From the NCBI GenBank assembly GCA_043228905.1, contig JBHGNT010000009.1, positions 7,502,001 through 7,566,000 of the forward strand: a DNA stretch of 64,000 nucleotides. The letters are read 5' to 3'. Under the pieces are notes generated by a model. The model ran no database searches. It saw nothing but the letters and a program-made list of their open reading frames with translations, and was not told the DNA's origin. Position 1 is the stretch's first letter, and the number at the start of each line of letters is the position of its first letter. The stretch comes from Azolla caroliniana (Eukaryota; Plantae; Polypodiophyta). This document shows positions 51,346 through 64,000 of the stretch, one piece after another. The translations under genes were made by a program, and so were the position numbers.

Positions 51346-52727
51346 GTAAGTGATGCTGCCTGCCTCTTCCCTTCTCTCTGCTTACAAATATCTTTTCATT
51401 CTAACAGATAAATCCTTCTCTCTGCGTAAGAGTCTAGTTTTGAATTTAGTATTCTCTCTTGACGAGGTTCCTTATAAGTAAATAGCTTTTGTAACGATTT
51501 ATCTGTCTACGTATTCTTCCTCCTCGCGTGCACTGATTTCTCTGTAAACCTTCCTTTGTTGTCAAACTGTATTTTCTCTTGATTAATGGTCTTAAAATGC
51601 TAGGAAATGGATCCGTTCTAGTTTTGGCTATCTATGTAAAATTCACTCCGTCAGGAAACCTTTTCTTTGTACATTCTATGTGTCAAAGACATTTCTTGCT
51701 CCAAAGTCTAAGTGTAACTCTGTCTTGTTCTCGTGCCAAAATATGTTTCATGTGAAGAGGTTCATTCTGGTTTGTGTATGGTTAAGTTTTCCCTTTCGGC
51801 AGGGAGAGATTCATCTTTCTTCCTCTTCCTCAGGTCAGAGACATAACATGATTTTAATGTCGATACTTCTTTGCCGCAGCGAATTTGTTGTCATTTTCTG
51901 ATTTTGTAAAGAATGTGACATTCCTTGGTACGAAGTGTCTAACCTAGTAATATCTTAGAAAATGTATTGCGGTGCTTTCTTTGATTTGCTTCGAGTGTTG
52001 GAAGGGTTCATTGAGCGTTCGTAGCCAGGAGATTGATTATGCTTTCCGTATAGATTTTCTTGGCTGAGAATCAGAAAACATACTTATCTTGTGTTCTTTG
52101 TAGACTTATTTTTCAGGGAAGATATTTATCGTGCTTCTCTATGTAAATTGTTTTTTGTCATGGAAGAGGCTAATTTTGCTTTTTGTGCTCAGAAACCTCA
52201 GTTCCTAGTTGACATTGCTTTGTGCTGTGATTTGTTCGTGGATGTTACAACTTACGTAATAGATATATGTCTGTGAAGACTTGTTTCGTTTAAAGGTTTT
52301 TTTTTGTGTTTCTTGTCTCAAGGAAGAGATCTATTGCTGTTTATGTGGGTAGCGGTAAGATTGCTACTGCTTTTTGTAAATAGTTTTCTTTCTCATGCAG
52401 GAGATTTATCATACATTCTGTTCCATCCCGAGGTAAAAGATTGTTCTCTCTTGTGTGAACTTGTTTTCATGGAGATGATATTAATCAGGCTTTCAATATG
52501 GAATTTTCTTTTGAAGAGGACTGCAATCTATGTAATTTTTTCCCTCTGAATTGAAGAGAGATTAATTGAGCTTTTTGATATATGTTTCCTGTATGTAATT
52601 TAACTTATTGCCGTGAAAAGTTGTATTGTAATGTTTTTTGTTAAATGTTTTCATCAAAGGAAAGAGATTCATGGGAATTTTGTATGTAAATTTTTATTTT
52701 CTTAGGGTACAGTCTTGGCATACTAGA

Positions 52728-53489
52728 ATGCAACAACAAAGGCAGATGTTTTCCAACAAGGTTCCTGAAACTGGAGCGACCATGATGGCATCAACTCTCT
52801 CTCCTACAGAACACAGATTTCGTGGAGTTAGAAAAAGACCATGGGGTCGTTTTGCTGCGGAAATAAGAGATCCTGTGAAGAAAACTAGGGTTTGGCTTGG
52901 GACTTTTGATACTGCTGAAGATGCAGCTCGTGCTTATGATACTGCAGCTCGCTCCCTCAGAGGTAATAAAGCGAAAATAAATTTTCCTTTACCTTGTTCT
53001 TCTTCTCCTTCTCCCTCTCAGTTTCCTTTTGATGAGCAAAGCACTAGCCATAGTAGCACTGTAGAGTCTTCCAGTACTCCGAAAAGCATTCGAACAAAAT
53101 CTCATCGAGTTTCTCATCAAAGCTATGGTGTGACATCAGCTCGAAGGGATGAGTCTGGTAACCTTTTCTTGATTCCAACTAAAAACAAAATGAAAGAGGA
53201 TGCTCGTTTTATAGATAATGAATCCCTTCAGAGAAAGAGGATGAGAATGAAGAATCATCCTATGATACCTTTGGGTGTCCATGACATGTCATGTAGTGTT
53301 TATAACACTAGTATTGATCCGGTGGATTGCCAAAGTGATTGTGATTCATCATCTTCTGTCATTTTAGACACAAATGAGGCTATTTGTTTACCTGCTATTC
53401 AAACTAGTACTATATTTGCAAAACCATACTTGGATCTGAATTTGCCACCACCAGATGAAGATGACTGCAATTTAGATCTATTTTTGTAA
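52728..53489 (+). CDS. AP2/ERF transcription factor, group VIII (ERF3/ERF7-like repressor), ~253 aa
   Basis: AP2 domain [20 protein letters not shown]...[32 protein letters not shown], then [20 protein letters not shown] and the EAR motif LDLNLPPP. The first in-frame ATG after the acceptor at 52705 is 52728. Confidence 0.95.
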   Translation: MQQQRQMFSNKVPETGATMMASTLSPTEHRFRGVRKRPWGRFAAEIRDPVKKTRVWLGTFDTAEDAARAYDTAARSLRGNKAKINFPLPCSSSPSPSQFPFDEQSTSHSSTVESSSTPKSIRTKSHRVSHQSYGVTSARRDESGNLFLIPTKNKMKEDARFIDNESLQRKRMRMKNHPMIPLGVHDMSCSVYNTSIDPVDCQSDCDSSSSVILDTNEAICLPAIQTSTIFAKPYLDLNLPPPDEDDCNLDLFL

Positions 53490-54929
53490 ATCAATATCTT
53501 ATTAATCTCAGTATAGCCTATGGTTGATACCATATTTGGATCTCAATATATTGAAGATCACACGTTTTACATTTAGTTTGCTTTTTGTAAATCATCCAAA
53601 TTCACACTTTTATCTCCTAGTTATATTGGGAAATTCGATGGAGGTTTCCAAATGCTTTATATTTGTAGCATGGATCCTGAATCCGTAACAGAAGGGCATA
53701 TCGTTTAAAATGAAATTAAACATCTTGTTGAGTATTATGGCATCGGATACCTGGTGTATTTTCTGTTTGTACTCCGAGTCGAAAGTCAGTTCAAAAGTCT
53801 TCTTTGACTACCATTCATATCTATGGTGATACTGTGAAGTTTATTCTGGGCATTTCAAATGCTGTATAGATATTTAGTGTGAAGGAATTCAGGCAGGTGT
53901 AATGGCATTTGGTTTATTCTAATGGATACTGTAAAATGGAAATATGATCCATTTGTAGAATTTGCTTGCATCATTTTGAACGATATGTCCATTCATGGAT
54001 GATGATTATTCAAATATCCTAAATTCCTTTGAAGTCACTGATACGGTAGGATCAATGGTTGCTTCAGTGGGATTGATTTAGAGTTGGGTTTGTTGTACTA
54101 TGATAATTATTTGTCCTGAATAGGTGTTCATAAACTCTATAGTTTCCAGTGTATCCAGGTAGATGATTACACTTTCACAAATCTGGCAGTCTTGTAAAAT
54201 TTGAAATGAGTTGGTCTTTTATTGGAATGTTATTAGGCAAGACTACCTCAAGATCCATGTTCACTTCTATTATGCAGCAAAAGTATTCATTGTATGCATG
54301 TCTGATTGAAAAGGTGTAATCAATAAATCTTGCTACTTAGGGTAGGGAGTAATGTTTGTTTTGGTGTAACCCTTACAAATACAAGTTATATAGTGAGCAT
54401 AGAAAACCAAATGTAAATTTTCAATCAGACTTAGAAAATCTCTAGTTTACAATAGACATTATCGAGTATATGAAAAAGAGATTGCCACTTCTATTATGCT
54501 GCAAAGGTTTTCATAGTATGTTTTAAAATGTCTGATTGAAAGGGTGTCTAATCAGTAAATCTTGCTGTTCAGTAGGGACAAATTTTGGCTTCTATGTAAT
54601 TAATCCCATCGAATCAAATTGTAAGTTTTCCAGCAAAGGGAGACTATCACCGTAATTCTTTGTTTATTTGGTTTGAGGCTAGTTAGATGTATTAATGTAG
54701 ATAATAATCCTTGCAGACAACTAATCTGATTTATTATTGTAAATCAATGGTTCGTGGAAAGAACAAAAAGGGGTCCCACATGCTTTATTTCTACACTGAA
54801 CAATAGACTGGTATATTCATTCAAAATTCATGTGTAGTATAAGATTGTTCATTAAAACAAGTAATACAAAATATGAATATAGAACTTTCTCATTTGATCC
54901 CATTCAAATTCAGACTTTGGCAATCTTCC

Positions 54930-55860
54930 TTGCTTAGTCCTATGCTTCATTGCGTTCTAGCGTGGTCGTCCGGGATTGTGCATAAATCTACTTACCTTGC
55001 CAAGCACATGCCCTAAGTCAAGTAGGTTGTAACCATTGTGTGCATCAAAGTGCCAATGGCCAGGGTGTATGGTACTAGTTTCATACGATCCCTCTTCAGA
55101 CATGATTTTGAGCAATCTTTTCAAGGAAATGCAAGGTTTGCATGTAGTGATGTTGCAAATTTTAGTCGAATTCATGTTGAATCTTTCCAAAATTCATCGG
55201 ATGTTACTGGTTTGAGATAGATACAATTGTCGACTACTTCTATGTCATGTGATCTTCATCCCGAGAATCACTTTCACAAGACATGATTTCTTCATGGCGA
55301 ACTTCAATTGCAATTGCCGTCGAAGTTTGGCAAGGACACCAACATTTTGGCCAGCAAGTAGTATATCACATAGAGGATGAGATAGAAGGCTAAACCATAA
55401 GATGTACCTTTCTAGTAAAGGCAATGATCCTCACTAATCTGGGAAAATCCAAACGATTGCATGAAATAATCAAATTTTTGATACCATTGATCCCTCACCA
55501 GACGTGATTTTGAGCAATCTTTTCAAGAACGTGTAAGGTTTGCATGCAACGATGTTGCAGATTTTGGTTGAATTCATGTTGAATCTTTCCAAAATTCCTC
55601 GGATGTTTTTGGTCTGAGATAGATACAATTGTCGACTACTTCTATGTTGTTTGATCTTCATCTTGAGAATGAGTTGCCATTTTTACATCTAGTTGAAGAA
55701 GCTCCAAGTCCTTGATAGTTTCAAGCTTGAGTAAGAATCAAACGGTTATCATTTTCATCACTAGTGAAAAAATCTTGTTGAAGTTGACACCGTATTATTG
55801 TGAAAAAATCTTGTTGAAGTTGACACCGTATTATTGTTGAAGTTGACACCGTATTATTGT
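54930..55860 (-). mobile_element. Decayed copia RT fragment with internal duplications
   Basis: LYLSQTKNIRGILERFNM present twice about 410 bp apart, KVSRFMHNPG, and three short TGTTGAAGTTGACACCGTATTAT repeats at ~55776-55857. Confidence 0.75.
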
Positions 55861-55872
55861 TAGCGTGTATCG

Positions 55873-58800
55873 TGTGAGGAAGTTGTCCCTCCTATGAGAC
55901 AAGTCGACAGTCGAAGTCTATGAGAGAAGTTGGCAGTCGAACAGAGACAAGCTGAACACTGGATGGTCGGTTGGATCGACCAACAAGTCGACAAGGTTGT
56001 CGACTGTTCTTGGAGGAGATAGAGAGCCGACTACATTGATGGATGCTCCAAGTGAAGACAAGGCGGACAATTCAGGCCAACCAAACGAAGTCGAAAAAGT
56101 CGACAAGTTGGGCCAATTGGATAGTCAACATGAGAGTCGGCTAGTCGGGCCAATTGGACTGCCGACTTGTGTGTGGGTCGGATAGGCGAGTCGATTAGTC
56201 GGTTGATTAACGACTATTATTATTATTGTTAGATAATAATAATAATAGCTTATTCCTATCTAGAAATAGGAAGAGCTAGGGAAAACTAGTTAGGTGGACA
56301 TAACGAAGTGTTGTATAACGTTGTTGTACTGAGAGCAACAGAGAGTAGGAAGAGAGACACGAGAGCGTGAGCGACGCCATAGTTGAATGATACTAGACAC
56401 CAAGAGCCATGTGTGGCCGATACATATGTATAGAGAGTGTTGTAATATGTTCTTCCTTGTATATCTCTACTATAGTGATTCTCTGTTGTTCGTGGTTTTC
56501 CCATGTTTAGGGTTTCCACGTAAAACACAATGTATTCTGTGCATTCTGTGTGTTTTGTTGTTTTCTGTTTTCCGCGTTGTGTATTATTCAATCTATATTT
56601 CTTAGAGATAAATGGTTCGATCCCGTCAAACTAGATTAAGGTGAGGTTCAACAATGGAAGGGAGTGTGAGCGGCTTTCCAGGAATGATGTTCCTGAACTC
56701 ACACAACTATGATGACTAGAAGATCAAGATGGAAGATCTTCTAATAGTCAAAGATCTGTACGAACCCATAGACAGAGAAGAAATATCCATCGGGGTGTTA
56801 GAGTCTAAATGGAAACTCCGGAACAAAAAGGCATTTGACATCATTAGACAATGTGTAGATGTTAGTGTCCTTGAACATGTGGCTAACGACACAACCGCCT
56901 ACGAAATGTGGCACAATTTGTCAGGGCTGTACGAGAGGAAGAATTTTCTAAACAAAACCCCGTTGATGAGAAAGATCGTAATCTTGACTTAAGTACAGAG
57001 ACGGAGAAAGCATAGTGGTACACATCAACACATTCATGGGGTATGTAAATCAACTTGCGACAGCCAAGTTTCCCCTTGATGATGCTAGGCATGCACTACT
57101 ACTAGTGTGTACCCTACCAGACAACTGGGAGAACTTGGTGGTGTCTCTCAGTACCTCGTGCCAAGAAGAGAACTTGTCCTTACAAGTGGTAAAGACAGGT
57201 ATCCTAAACGAGGAGACGAGAAGGAAGGACAAGGGTGTCCTATCCCAGTCGGAGGCGAATGTGACACAACATTCAAGCAGAGAAACCCACAACGAAGAGA
57301 CAAGTCTCATGCCAAATCCAAGTCCAGGGGTAAGCTTACATGCTTACATGCTTCCAAAAGGACTGTCGACACCTTAAGAAGGACAAAGGTGTCTCAAATT
57401 ATGTAGAACCCATAAAGTTTTTTGATGAAAAGGGCACTTCAGCCGTGGCTACAAGCGAAGAGGAGCTCCTGCTCATTTGCAAGCACGCAAGTGCAAACCT
57501 TGCAAATGAAGAGTGCACCTGGGTGATTGACTCTGGTGCATCATTTCACATAACTCCCTCGAGAGAGTGCTTCTCATCTTACACAACCAGTGACTGGCTA
57601 TGTAAAGATGGGAGACACAACTCATCCACTACTATTGTATATGGATAATCTAGTATCAATTGGTCAACTTCACGGTTTGCAAATGAAAGACAAACATGAT
57701 TTCGTGGCTCAAGCATATGCAAATGATACATCATTCATGTCACAAAACAATCCAAATGATATGAGGGTTATTATGGATGCCCTCAAATTGTATGGATTAG
57801 CTACTAGATTGCATGTTAACTTCAACAAGTCCAAACTCCTATCGTTGACACCATATAGTTGGCATCAACTTTTGTGGCTAGGTCAAGTTGTTAGCCCAAA
57901 TGAAATGGTTAGACATCTTGGCTATCCATTGGGATTGAATGCAATAGGGAACAAAAAGACTGAATGGGTTCTGCAAAAAGCAAGACAAAAGTTGAGCCAT
58001 TGGAAGATTGTAACATGGCCGCTCCATGTCAGATTGAGGATAGTGCAATCTCTATTAATGGATTACTTGCAATATTACTTAATTATGATTGATTGGCTGA
58101 AACACATGCTACAAAAGATTAACTCAGAAATCATAAGCAACTTTTGGTGCTCTAAGCAGTTGCATAGAGGTATATGACTCATATCACTAGAGAAGATATG
58201 CACTCCACGATTGAGTGGAGGGCTAAATATTCTTAATTTGCAATTGCATATGTTGGCTAGAAAGCTACTTTACTACCAAAATTTGCTAAAAAAACATTGC
58301 CTTGGGGAAGAAGGCCATCTGATATGTTTGATAATTTGAAAACCAAGTCATTTGGCTCATGGGATACTAACCATTAGGATGTAGTATTTGGAAAGCTTGA
58401 CGGGCACATCAAAGGCTGTCCGTTTAGCTCAGAGCTTCTAAAGCACTGGAAGGAAGTATTGCACCACATAAAATGGTGAGGTAGGAATTCAGAATTAGGG
58501 AACTCTTTAGGCCTCGAAAGCTTACATTGGAGTGCTATATTCCCACGGTCAGTAGCTGAACAAGAGCCCAGGAAAGCTTATTTTTTAGCAAAGAAGGGGC
58601 CAAAAGCAATTGCAGATGTGGTAAATGACCAAGGTCACTTATTGCACTTCAATGACATGACATGTCGTTATAGTCTTGGGCCACATCATCGCGTTATCTG
58701 GAATCAAGTCACATAGTTGGTACTTTCATTAGTACTTGTGCCACTAGATGGAGATCGCAGGATTCAAGACTAGATGTTACAAAAAGGGAACATTGTTATT

Positions 58801-59792
58801 CCAATGAATAACACTACAACACATTCAATGTATATGTTGTTGCAACTTGTTCCGTGGTTTCACAAACATGCAAATGCATTATGGAACCTACACAAAACAC
58901 AGTCCTGGTGAAAAAACAGGCTTACAAGCTTATGGAGCTCTAGTCTTCCACTTAAGCAAGGGGTATTCCTATGGAGATGTCTAGGGTGTGCTCCCGACTG
59001 GGTCGAATCAACAAAAGAGATTGATAGCCTCACCGCATTGTACAAGATGTGGTGGACGATTGGAAATAGTCCCACACTTATTATGGACTTGCTCATTCAC
59101 TACAACATTTGTACAAATACTAAGTGCGTCTCTTTATCACAGATTTATTGGCCGAAGGTTTGGGAAACACTTTTGGCTATTTGGACAAATTCTGTGCGCC
59201 CTATCCAACAATACCTATTTTCTCCAATGGACACGATTTTGGGCGCTCTGGACCATTTGGACAACCCGCAATAATAAGGTCTTTGATCGAATCCAACTAC
59301 ATGAAGTTAGCTTCTTTAAGCAATCCCTCAGGCAATCTCTATTTGATTCTCTGCAACTTAGAGACATCACACTGCAAATTTACAATGGACACTTGTATAT
59401 ATATATTTTATTCTTTGTGGGTTTTCACCTCACTTTAAGGTTTCCCACTAGTAATAAAACTGTTACTAAAAGAAAATGTAAAGGTGGGAGACAACAGAGT
59501 GTGTAGTATAGCCGGCATACGAAGTGTATGTTTGACCCTAAGGGATGTTTGACATGTCCTTGATATCAAGCTGATTCTAATATGGATTGGAAGACTTCAT
59601 GATGAAGGCTATAGTGGTAGGCTGTAGCTTTGAAAATAGCAAGTGGAAGTTTGGCAAAGGAAGTCTCATAGTGGCCCGAGCACAGAAACAGGGCACTCTA
59701 TATGTGATGCATGCCAAGTTGTGCAAGGAAGAAGCAAACATAGCAACCGACTCGAGTGGAGAGATATGGCACAAGAGGCATCGCCACATGAC
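55873..59792 (+). mobile_element. Copia 5' LTR (55873-56633), gag and protease, interrupted by an L1 and truncated by a gypsy LTR
   Basis: NY..*KIKMEDLL, LVCTLPDNWENLV, WVIDSGASFHITP, KFGKGSLIVARAQK, WHKRHRHM. The LTR is homologous to solo LTR 10658-11245. Confidence 0.88.
57618..59475 (+). mobile_element. 5'-truncated L1 LINE with 18-bp TSD
   Basis: AYANDT, VNFNKS, RHLGYPLG, GGLNIL, CTRCGGRLEIVPHLLWTC, WALWTIWTTRNNKVF and an A-rich tail. TSD ATGTAAAG(A/G)TGGGAGACA at 57600-57617 and 59476-59493. Confidence 0.92.
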
Positions 59793-61998
59793 GTCACGAA
59801 CGGGTGGAATGAGGCTAAGTACTAAGAGAGAGCGAGAGCATAAGCAAGATCACAAGATTGTCAAGGACAAGTAGACGAGGCTCAATATTAAGAGATAGCG
59901 GGAGAGAGAGCATAGACAAGAGAACAAGTAAGAGAGAGGATAGAAAAATAAACAAAAATTGTATATGCTTTTGTAACTGGTGTTGTTCACCTTGATTGTA
60001 ATCAAGGTGCACCCCAATATTTATACAAGAATGTGGAGGTATGCATGAAAGCTAGAAGACTTCTAGAGAGTGCATGAAGATGCATTCTCTAGGAAGTTCT
60101 TGAAAGTTCTAGTGATCAATCTATATGAAATAAGTTGAGTCTTACACAATACAATAATGCATAGATGGGTGTAGCTCAATTGGTAAGGTTGCCCAATAAG
60201 ACCAGAAGGTCATGGGTTCAACCCCCACCATTCCATGTTGCATCCAGTCTATGACATTATCCTCCCTCTAAGGCCGCCTCCTTGGATCCGCAACCGGTTT
60301 TTGTGGATAACGTTCATGAAATGCTCGAACTATGTTTGGGGCATGTTTGAGATGATGTGCCGGCTCCCACGTTGCTTTGGAGATTGCGTACCCTTTCCAG
60401 AGTACAAGGTATTGAAGCTAGTGACAAAAGAGACGAGAGTCGAGAATTTGGTCGACCTCATATTCTTCTCCGGTTGAGAGCTGGATTGGTGGTGGAGGAG
60501 ATAGGTGTCGACTGGGGATTTCAGATATATGGCGAGGTTCTAGAGGGAGACATGGAATACATTATGAATATGAAAGTGGGAAGGTAGCTCTAAGCGAACA
60601 ACCATGGAACCAATTTTCTCAATGATTCGGAAAGGGCCTAACTTCTTGTAATCAAGCTCCAAACAAGGACGAGTGGTGGCAATATTGCGACGGAGAAGCC
60701 AAACAAAGTCTCCTACCTCGAACTTGGGAGCATCTAAGCGGCGACGACTAGCTTGCTCCTTATAGCGTTCACCAGCGAGGGTGAGCTCCAAGGAAAGATC
60801 GCGATGTACATCCTCCAAGAGACGTGCCCAGTCCTCCGCAGAAGGATTGACAAAGTCAGAGGGAAGCGAAATGTTGAAGCGGGGGTGGAGACCGTAGTTG
60901 GCAAAAAATGGAGTAACTCCCGTAGATGCATGCATAGAGTTGTTGTAGGTGAACTCGGCAAGTGGGAGAAGGTCAACCTAGTTGTCTTGTTGGTAACCAA
61001 GAGAGCATCACAAGTATTGTTCCAAGATTTGGTTAACCGGCTCCGTTTGTCCATCGGTTTGCGGATGATAAGCGGAAGATAGATTCATAGTACAACCGAA
61101 CGTTTGCAGAAGGCGCCGCTAGAAATTGGAAACAAATTGTGGTCCTCGATCAGAAGTGATATCGTTTAGGAGTCCATGTAGTTGAACCACATTTTTGAAA
61201 AACAAATCGGTTGTCTCCTCTCCGGTAATGGTTTTGGCACATGGAGCAAAATGAGCCATCTTGGTGAAGCGATCGACCATGACAAATACCGAGTCATAAC
61301 CACCAATAAAGGGAAGGTCAGTGATGAAATCCATGGAAAGAGAGGCCCATGGTCGTTTGGGGATTGGGAGAGGGCGAAGGAGACCATATGGTCGATGATG
61401 AGATGCTTTAGAGCGAGCACAAACGTCGCATGACTTAACAAAATCTTTGACCAATTTCCATGGTTGTGGCCATTAGTATCCCTGAGATATCAACTCCAAG
61501 GTTTTCGCAACTCCAAAATGACCAACAAGTGGATCATCGTGACACTCGTGAAGCACCCTTGTTCGACAAGGACCTTCTAGGACATACAAAAGATTATCCT
61601 AAATTGTAAAACGAGCTAAATCAGGTCTTTTGGGTTCATGGGAGGGGTTTGTGATACTTGCCTTGACCTCTGTGGCGAACTTGTCAGTCGTAGTGGCTTC
61701 TAATATTTGCTTGAGCAAAGAGTCATCCTGGAGCAAGCAAGTCGTGAAGTTGTAGAATTGGTTAACAAACTTTGGGACTGCTGAACATGGGCTTCATCCT
61801 CTAGAGTGAGCTTGAACTCAGACCGACGAGATAAGACATCGACCGTCGTGTGTTGAGCGCCGGGTCGAAAGATTATCTCAAAACCATAGTCTGCCAAGAA
61901 GGTCGACCATCGCGCTTGTCTACGATTTAAGGTTTGTGTGGTAGAAAAGTATATTAGATTTTTGTGATCGGTAATCACTTGGATACGATGTTGCGCCC
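59793..61998 (-). mobile_element. Ty3/gypsy chromovirus 3' part: RNase H, integrase, chromodomain, PPT and 3' LTR (~59793-60256)
   Basis: VITDHKNL..RRQARW, SMDFITDLP, SDRGPQF, GPFRI..IHNVFHVSL and chromodomain YEVDQILDSR..YLVLWKGY..TWEP. PPT AGAGGGAGGATAA precedes TGTCATAG. Confidence 0.92.
60164..60234 (+). other. tRNA-like cassette inside the gypsy LTR, antisense to the element
   Basis: A-box TAGCTCAATTGG, B-box GGTTCAACCC, and T-stem and partial acceptor-stem pairing. Homologous to 23584-23654. Confidence 0.7.
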
Positions 61999-62677
61999 CA
62001 GATGAAATTGAAAGAGAAGGATATAGAAACCTCGTGAATCCCACGAGTATAGTTTATTTATCTTATTAATATTTAAAACCCTAATTATATTTTAGAATAG
62101 ATTAGAATCAATAGGAATAGATTGGAAAAGAGAGATCGAAAACCTCGTGAATCCCACGAGCATAGTTTATTTTATTAATCATTATTTTTGAACCCTAATG
62201 ATTTTTCATCCATAATTTTCTCTCCCCCATTACATTGTGCTCCCCATCCTTATATAGTGATGAGAGAGTCTTAACATTCCATGCTTTTTCTCTAACTATG
62301 GACTCCATGTTTTCTCTATCTATAGACTATATGCTTTTTCTAACATGCTTCTTCTAAAAGTGATCATATTTTTTCTACCCTCATGCGTTTTTATCGACTA
62401 TAGTGTTCATGCACGCTTGATGTGCATGTGTAGCTTTTTTCTATTGCGTTTTTCTTCTAATCCTAGAAAATATGCGTGAATTAACCATTCTATGTGGGAT
62501 ATCTATTATTTTTATACTTATGATGTGTTAGTGTAATGGTAAGTTACAACCTTCAAAGTATTAACATGGAGGTATAAGGTTCGGATCTTGCCCTATCCAT
62601 GTAACATGTATTCTCATATTTTTTTTGTTTTCTTCATATTTATTAAATCGGGTACTTTATACGTTTTTCACGTAGTG
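61999..62677. mobile_element. CACTA (En/Spm-type) element end
   Basis: Ends in CGTTTTTCACGTAGTG (reverse complement CACTACGTGAAAAACG). Repeated palindromic motif CTCGTGAATCCCACGAG at ~62031 and ~62144. Confidence 0.65.
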
Positions 62678-62684
62678 TATTTCG

Positions 62685-63221
62685 CTTCCGGCTACCACTC
62701 GCAAACAAACGGACAAGCAGAACGAACAAATCAAACGTTGGAACAATATCTTCGGTGTTTTCTAAGCTATCGCCAAGATGACTAGGCGGATATTCTCCAC
62801 TTCGCTGAATTTGCGTATAATAAACTCTGTCCACTCATTGACTAAGGTTACACCATTTTATGCTTATACGGGCTATCATCCCCGGTGGTGTGTATTTGAA
62901 ACTACGGAGTAACCCACAAATCCTTGTGTAGAGGATTGCTTGGAGCGGTTACGCAAGTTACAAGCGGATTTATCTACTCATTTACAACAAGCGCAACAAA
63001 CACACAAGGATTATGCGGATCGTCATCAACTTCCATCCTATTTTAACATTGGAGATCGGGTATGGTTATTATGATGACATATCAAGACTACTCGCCCATG
63101 CGATAAATTGGATTATCGACGATTGGGTCCTTTCCGTATTATCAGAAAAATTAATGATGTCGCTTTTTGTCTCGATCTACCTCTAAAACTACGGATACAT
63201 CCGGTATTTCATAGTTCTCTT
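62685..63221 (+). mobile_element. Gypsy integrase fragment
   Basis: [47 protein letters not shown]. Confidence 0.9.
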
Positions 63222-64000
63222 CATGGTTGTTAGGTACGTTAGGTACGGTACTGATACCATACGTATTTAACGTATTAATACGGGTATAGTACCTCCCAAT
63301 TTTAAAATACGTTAAATACGTTTTTTAGTATGTTAAATACCTATAAAATTCATAAAATACGTATAGTACGTTAAATACGTTAAATACTTCTAGAATTTGA
63401 AATTTATTTACTTTCTTAAAAAATATTTGTAATATTGTAATATTGTAACCGTGTATATGCAATGTAACGAAGCATTCCATGGCTGTAGTTGCATCTTAAA
63501 AGTACTAAAGGGCAAATCGAGCAAATATGAGAATCAAAAGGATACAAATCAACAAATCAAATAGATATTTGTTAGGTAAAAAAAAACCCAAACTTGTTGG
63601 GCATTTACAACAACAGCCAAGGCCACGAAGCAAAAACTATATATCCCTCACATGATTGAGGGAATTCACATGATGAGTCATGACAAGCTAAAATTCTACA
63701 AAAAAAATCGTACTTTTGACAAAAACAACACTTTGACAAGAAGTGCAACATACCTATTGAAGAAAAGACCACATCTTTTGATTTGGAAAAAACCTTCAGA
63801 ACACATAACATCAAATATTTGAGATACACTTACATTGCATTTTGTCAAAGAAATAGAATGCATTGTAGGAACAAAATTTAGAAAAAAACCTTAACAACAC
63901 ATAACATCAGATATTTGACTTCTAAGAACACATAACTTGAACTATGTCCAAGACTCCAATGTATCAAAATGGGCTTAGATCAAAGAAAAGTAACATATGG
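63222..64000. mobile_element. Probable hAT-type element left end, continuing beyond the window
   Basis: Abruptly truncates the gypsy frame, starts CATGGTTG (compare CATAGTTG and CATAGTA elsewhere), and has many TACGTTAAATAC subterminal repeats in both orientations. Confidence 0.55.

Noticed and set aside
52638-52727. N-terminal extension of the ERF ORF from the non-ATG start
   Set aside because: It lies mostly in T-rich intron sequence upstream of the acceptor at 52705.

Overview
Eukaryotic land-plant genomic DNA, dominated by transposons. It is probably a non-seed plant such as a fern; this is inferred from the PPR style, the chromovirus and the LINE types, not proven. Three host genes are supportable: the 3' end of a PLS/E-class PPR gene (1-285, +), a complete three-exon chloroplast outer-envelope pore OEP24 gene (3726->1066, -, 212 aa), and an AP2/ERF group VIII repressor with an EAR motif (52728-53489, +) that probably has a 5'-UTR intron. 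The rest is a nested pile of decayed Ty1/copia and Ty3/gypsy LTR retrotransposons, L1 LINEs, a non-L1 (RTEX/CR1-like) LINE, hAT and CACTA derivatives, tRNA-derived cassettes and tandem repeats. Items most worth follow-up: a 97-bp perfect hairpin element with TG..CA ends and a near-perfect 5-bp TSD (18946-19042); an ~8 kb segment bounded by short direct repeats and microsatellites that holds a spliced-looking unit with no recognisable ORF (24481-32403; Replitron-like architecture); a tRNA-like Pol III cassette inside a chromovirus LTR that recurs elsewhere in the window; a copia pol with a duplicated PPT and ~195-aa extension; and copia LTRs ending in TA or lacking a canonical PBS. All coordinates were read by eye, and boundaries of decayed elements are approximate.
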